Positions 62,101 to 64,000 of a stretch of DNA of 64,000 nt are shown in pieces. Source of the stretch: Bilabrum cf. latius (taxonomy: Eukaryota); assembly GCA_965178125.1 (NCBI GenBank), contig OZ237762.1:682001-746000 (forward strand). The letters run 5' to 3'. Made by a program: the position numbers and the translations under genes. Position 1 is the stretch's first letter. Each line of letters begins with the position of its first letter. The notes below the pieces were generated by a model that saw only the letters and a list, made by a program, of their open reading frames with translations, had not been told where the DNA came from and did no database searches.

Positions 62101-64000
62101 GAAACACGATCGACCCACCTGCTCAGACACGTCCTGCACCGAGCCAAGCACCAGGTCGGTCTTGTCAGCCGCATTCTGCACCGGGATGAGCGCCGTCTCG
62201 CAAACACGTATAAGTGGCTTGGGCCTCAAGTTCCGTGGAAGCTTCGGCATGCGCACCTACTGCCGTGTACTATCATCGTCCTGCTCGCTTGTCCACTGAA
62301 TGCCGCGCTACGTTCCGAGCTCCTTGGCCTGGCCACCAGTAGGTGTCGTGCGAGACTTGTCGACGTTTTCCATCCAGGATCCTTTCCTTCCAATGGTAGA
62401 TTCTCTCAACAAGGCTGGCATCTCATCGCTACCGTCACGCCTCTTCCCCCCGCCCGGCCGGAGGGCCCGAATCCGTTTCACGAGCTCGACGCAATGCCTC
62501 ACTGACACTGATTCTTGCATTCCAGAAGTTACTTCAACATTCAGAATACCCTCGAGGATGGGGGCATCCCATCGACCCGCACGAACACCAGCAGAGTAGG
62601 CAGTGGGGAAAAATCTAGTCACTGGCAGCGGCTCCCGCTGCAGCTGCTCGCTGTCCGTCCCCAGAAGCAGCATCGACCGAGCGCTCGCTGACAGCACCTT
62701 GTACCCCTGGTCCCGACCTGAGAAAAAAATCACGTGCTCGTCACAACGAAGCACATCGATGCCCACAGACAATCGAGGCGCAGACGTGGCCTCATCGGGC
62801 GTCGACTCGAGCAGAGAAATGATCACGGGCAATGCAGAACCAGACGATGGAAGCACGAACGACACCTCCGTCTGGTTCAGAGCATCCGAGAAGCCGCAAC
62901 GCTGCAGCCGATGCAGTCGCTGGTTGTAGATGCCCCGCACAGGCTCAGGCAGCAGCGTCTGAAACGACAGGCCCGTGATCTGGCTCGTGTTGGCGAAACC
63001 AAACACACGGCACGTCGACGGCGAGGCCGACAGGATCTCGCCCACGCTCCCATCAGCCACGCTCAGCGTCAGGTTGGCGGCGTTGTCGTCCAGCAGGTCC
63101 ACCTGAGGAGCCTCCGACCCTAGCACCACATGCCGCACCGCCTTGGCCCGCTGCCGCGTGTGTCTCTCCTCCAGCCGGTCCGCCTTGTTGAACAGCTCCA
63201 TGGCCGTCAGCGGGTCGTTCATCAGCTCCACCAGGAACTCTGCATACCCACGCGCCACCAGCGCGCCTTGATTCAGACGCAGCATGGTCCGGTACAGCTC
63301 GTCCGTCTTCTGCAGGTCAGTCTCGATCTCCTACCCCACCCCCACCACCGTGGCCAGCTCCAGCTTGTGCCCAGCCAGATGGTCCCACAGCTTGAGGATG
63401 CTGCGCATGGCCGCCACCTTGCTCTCCTGCGCCTGCCGCGACAGCGACTCGAAGATCACGCGGTCCAGTGCCGACAGCTTGCTCGAGTCCGCGCCTTCCC
63501 GCAGCTCCCGAGTGCGCCCGTACACGTACGCCTCCAGGTCCAGAGACGGAGACCGCAGCCGGGCCTGGGCCAGAGCCTGCGCCTCGGCGAAGTTGTTCTC
63601 GAAGCAGAACTGGTGGTAGAACTCCGCCGCCAGCACGTGCGCCATGGCCGTCTGTCCGAAGTGAGCCGTCATCTGCCGGTAGGCCCGCTCTGCCGTGTAC
63701 AGCCTGTGCTCGTCCTCCCTGTGCCTGCGGGTGGCGTACTTCATGTTGGCCAGCCTCCATCCGAAGAATGTGGACTGGTCGATGCTGGCGATGTCCTCCT
63801 CGGGCGACAGCAGGCTTTGCATCACATCGTCCTCATGCCCGTCCTCCCCATCGGCCCCGGCCTGCTTGGAGAAGTGCTTCGTCTGAGCGTCGAGCCGAGC
63901 CATGCTGCCCGCATCGGTGCGCACGGTAGGCGCGTATGCCACGGTACCGGCCCCGTCCAGCATGCCCCCGTACTTGCCGCCATCCTGCACAGACCCGCGG
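59110..64000 (-). CDS. TmcB/TmcC-like PAS membrane protein, copy 2 (5' end outside the window)
   Basis: Same-frame ORFs joined by TAG at 63331, 62308, 62257, 61570 and 59125; ends in TGA at 59110; colinear paralogue of copy 1. Confidence 0.8.

Larger units (their letters stand above)
55318..64000 (-). repeat. Tandem duplication of TmcB-like genes; near-identical block ~55318-56697 vs ~62621-64000 (offset 7303)
   Basis: Direct sequence comparison; a second near-identical block is ~54883-55022 vs ~62059-62198. Confidence 0.95.

Noticed and set aside
1255-64000. A cluster of pseudogenes or sequencing errors as the cause of the broken ORFs
   Set aside because: Interruptions are exclusively TAG, with no frameshifts, TAA or TGA, across unrelated genes on both strands, and catalytic motifs are intact.
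1255-64000. Ciliate-type table 6 (UAA and UAG = Gln)
   Set aside because: No in-frame TAA was found against about 100 TAG, and two genes end in TAA. Reading through the MutY TAA would run it in frame into the GH3 gene.
1255-64000. Pyrrolysine, UAG=Leu/Glu/Tyr, or A-to-I editing of UAG to Trp
   Set aside because: Eukaryotic context with no pyl genes. TAG is frequent and non-catalytic, and paralogue alignments pair it repeatedly with CAG/CAA rather than with those codons.
1-64000. Recoded bacteriophage or bacterial origin (code 15 phage)
   Set aside because: Spliceosomal introns, SLC25, BTB and SET genes and the absence of operon or phage genes indicate a eukaryotic nuclear genome.
1-64000. 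Suppressor tRNA-Gln(CUA) or an eRF1 gene in the window
   Set aside because: No cloverleaf or T-loop context was seen by eye (GTTCGAA hits near 18173 and 61214 lack tRNA stems), and there is no eRF1-like ORF.

Overview
GC-rich, gene-dense, intron-poor eukaryotic (protist-like) nuclear DNA; no rRNA, tRNA, CRISPR or recognisable mobile element was seen. The fragmented ORF track is an artefact of the wrong genetic code. Consecutive ORF pieces lie in the same frame and are separated only by TAG. Reading TAG as a sense codon joins them into about 17 intact genes: Kelch-BTB-BTB protein, double NadD/NMNAT-like protein, SLC25 carrier, RNI-like LRR protein, secreted beta-lactamase-family hydrolase, two tandem ankyrin paralogues, giant Nma111/Deg7-like HtrA protease, SET methyltransferase, MutY, ricin-lectin-GH3 glycosidase, PLD6/Zucchini-like protein, two TmcB/C-like PAS membrane paralogues and hypothetical proteins. 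By manual count these contain about 100 in-frame TAG and no in-frame TAA or TGA, and they end in TGA (15) or TAA (2). In the two duplicated gene pairs, TAG aligns with CAG/CAA at six positions. The window therefore supports a nuclear code with UAG=Gln and UAA/UGA=stop, a rare uncoupling of UAG from UAA. The organism cannot be identified from this window alone.
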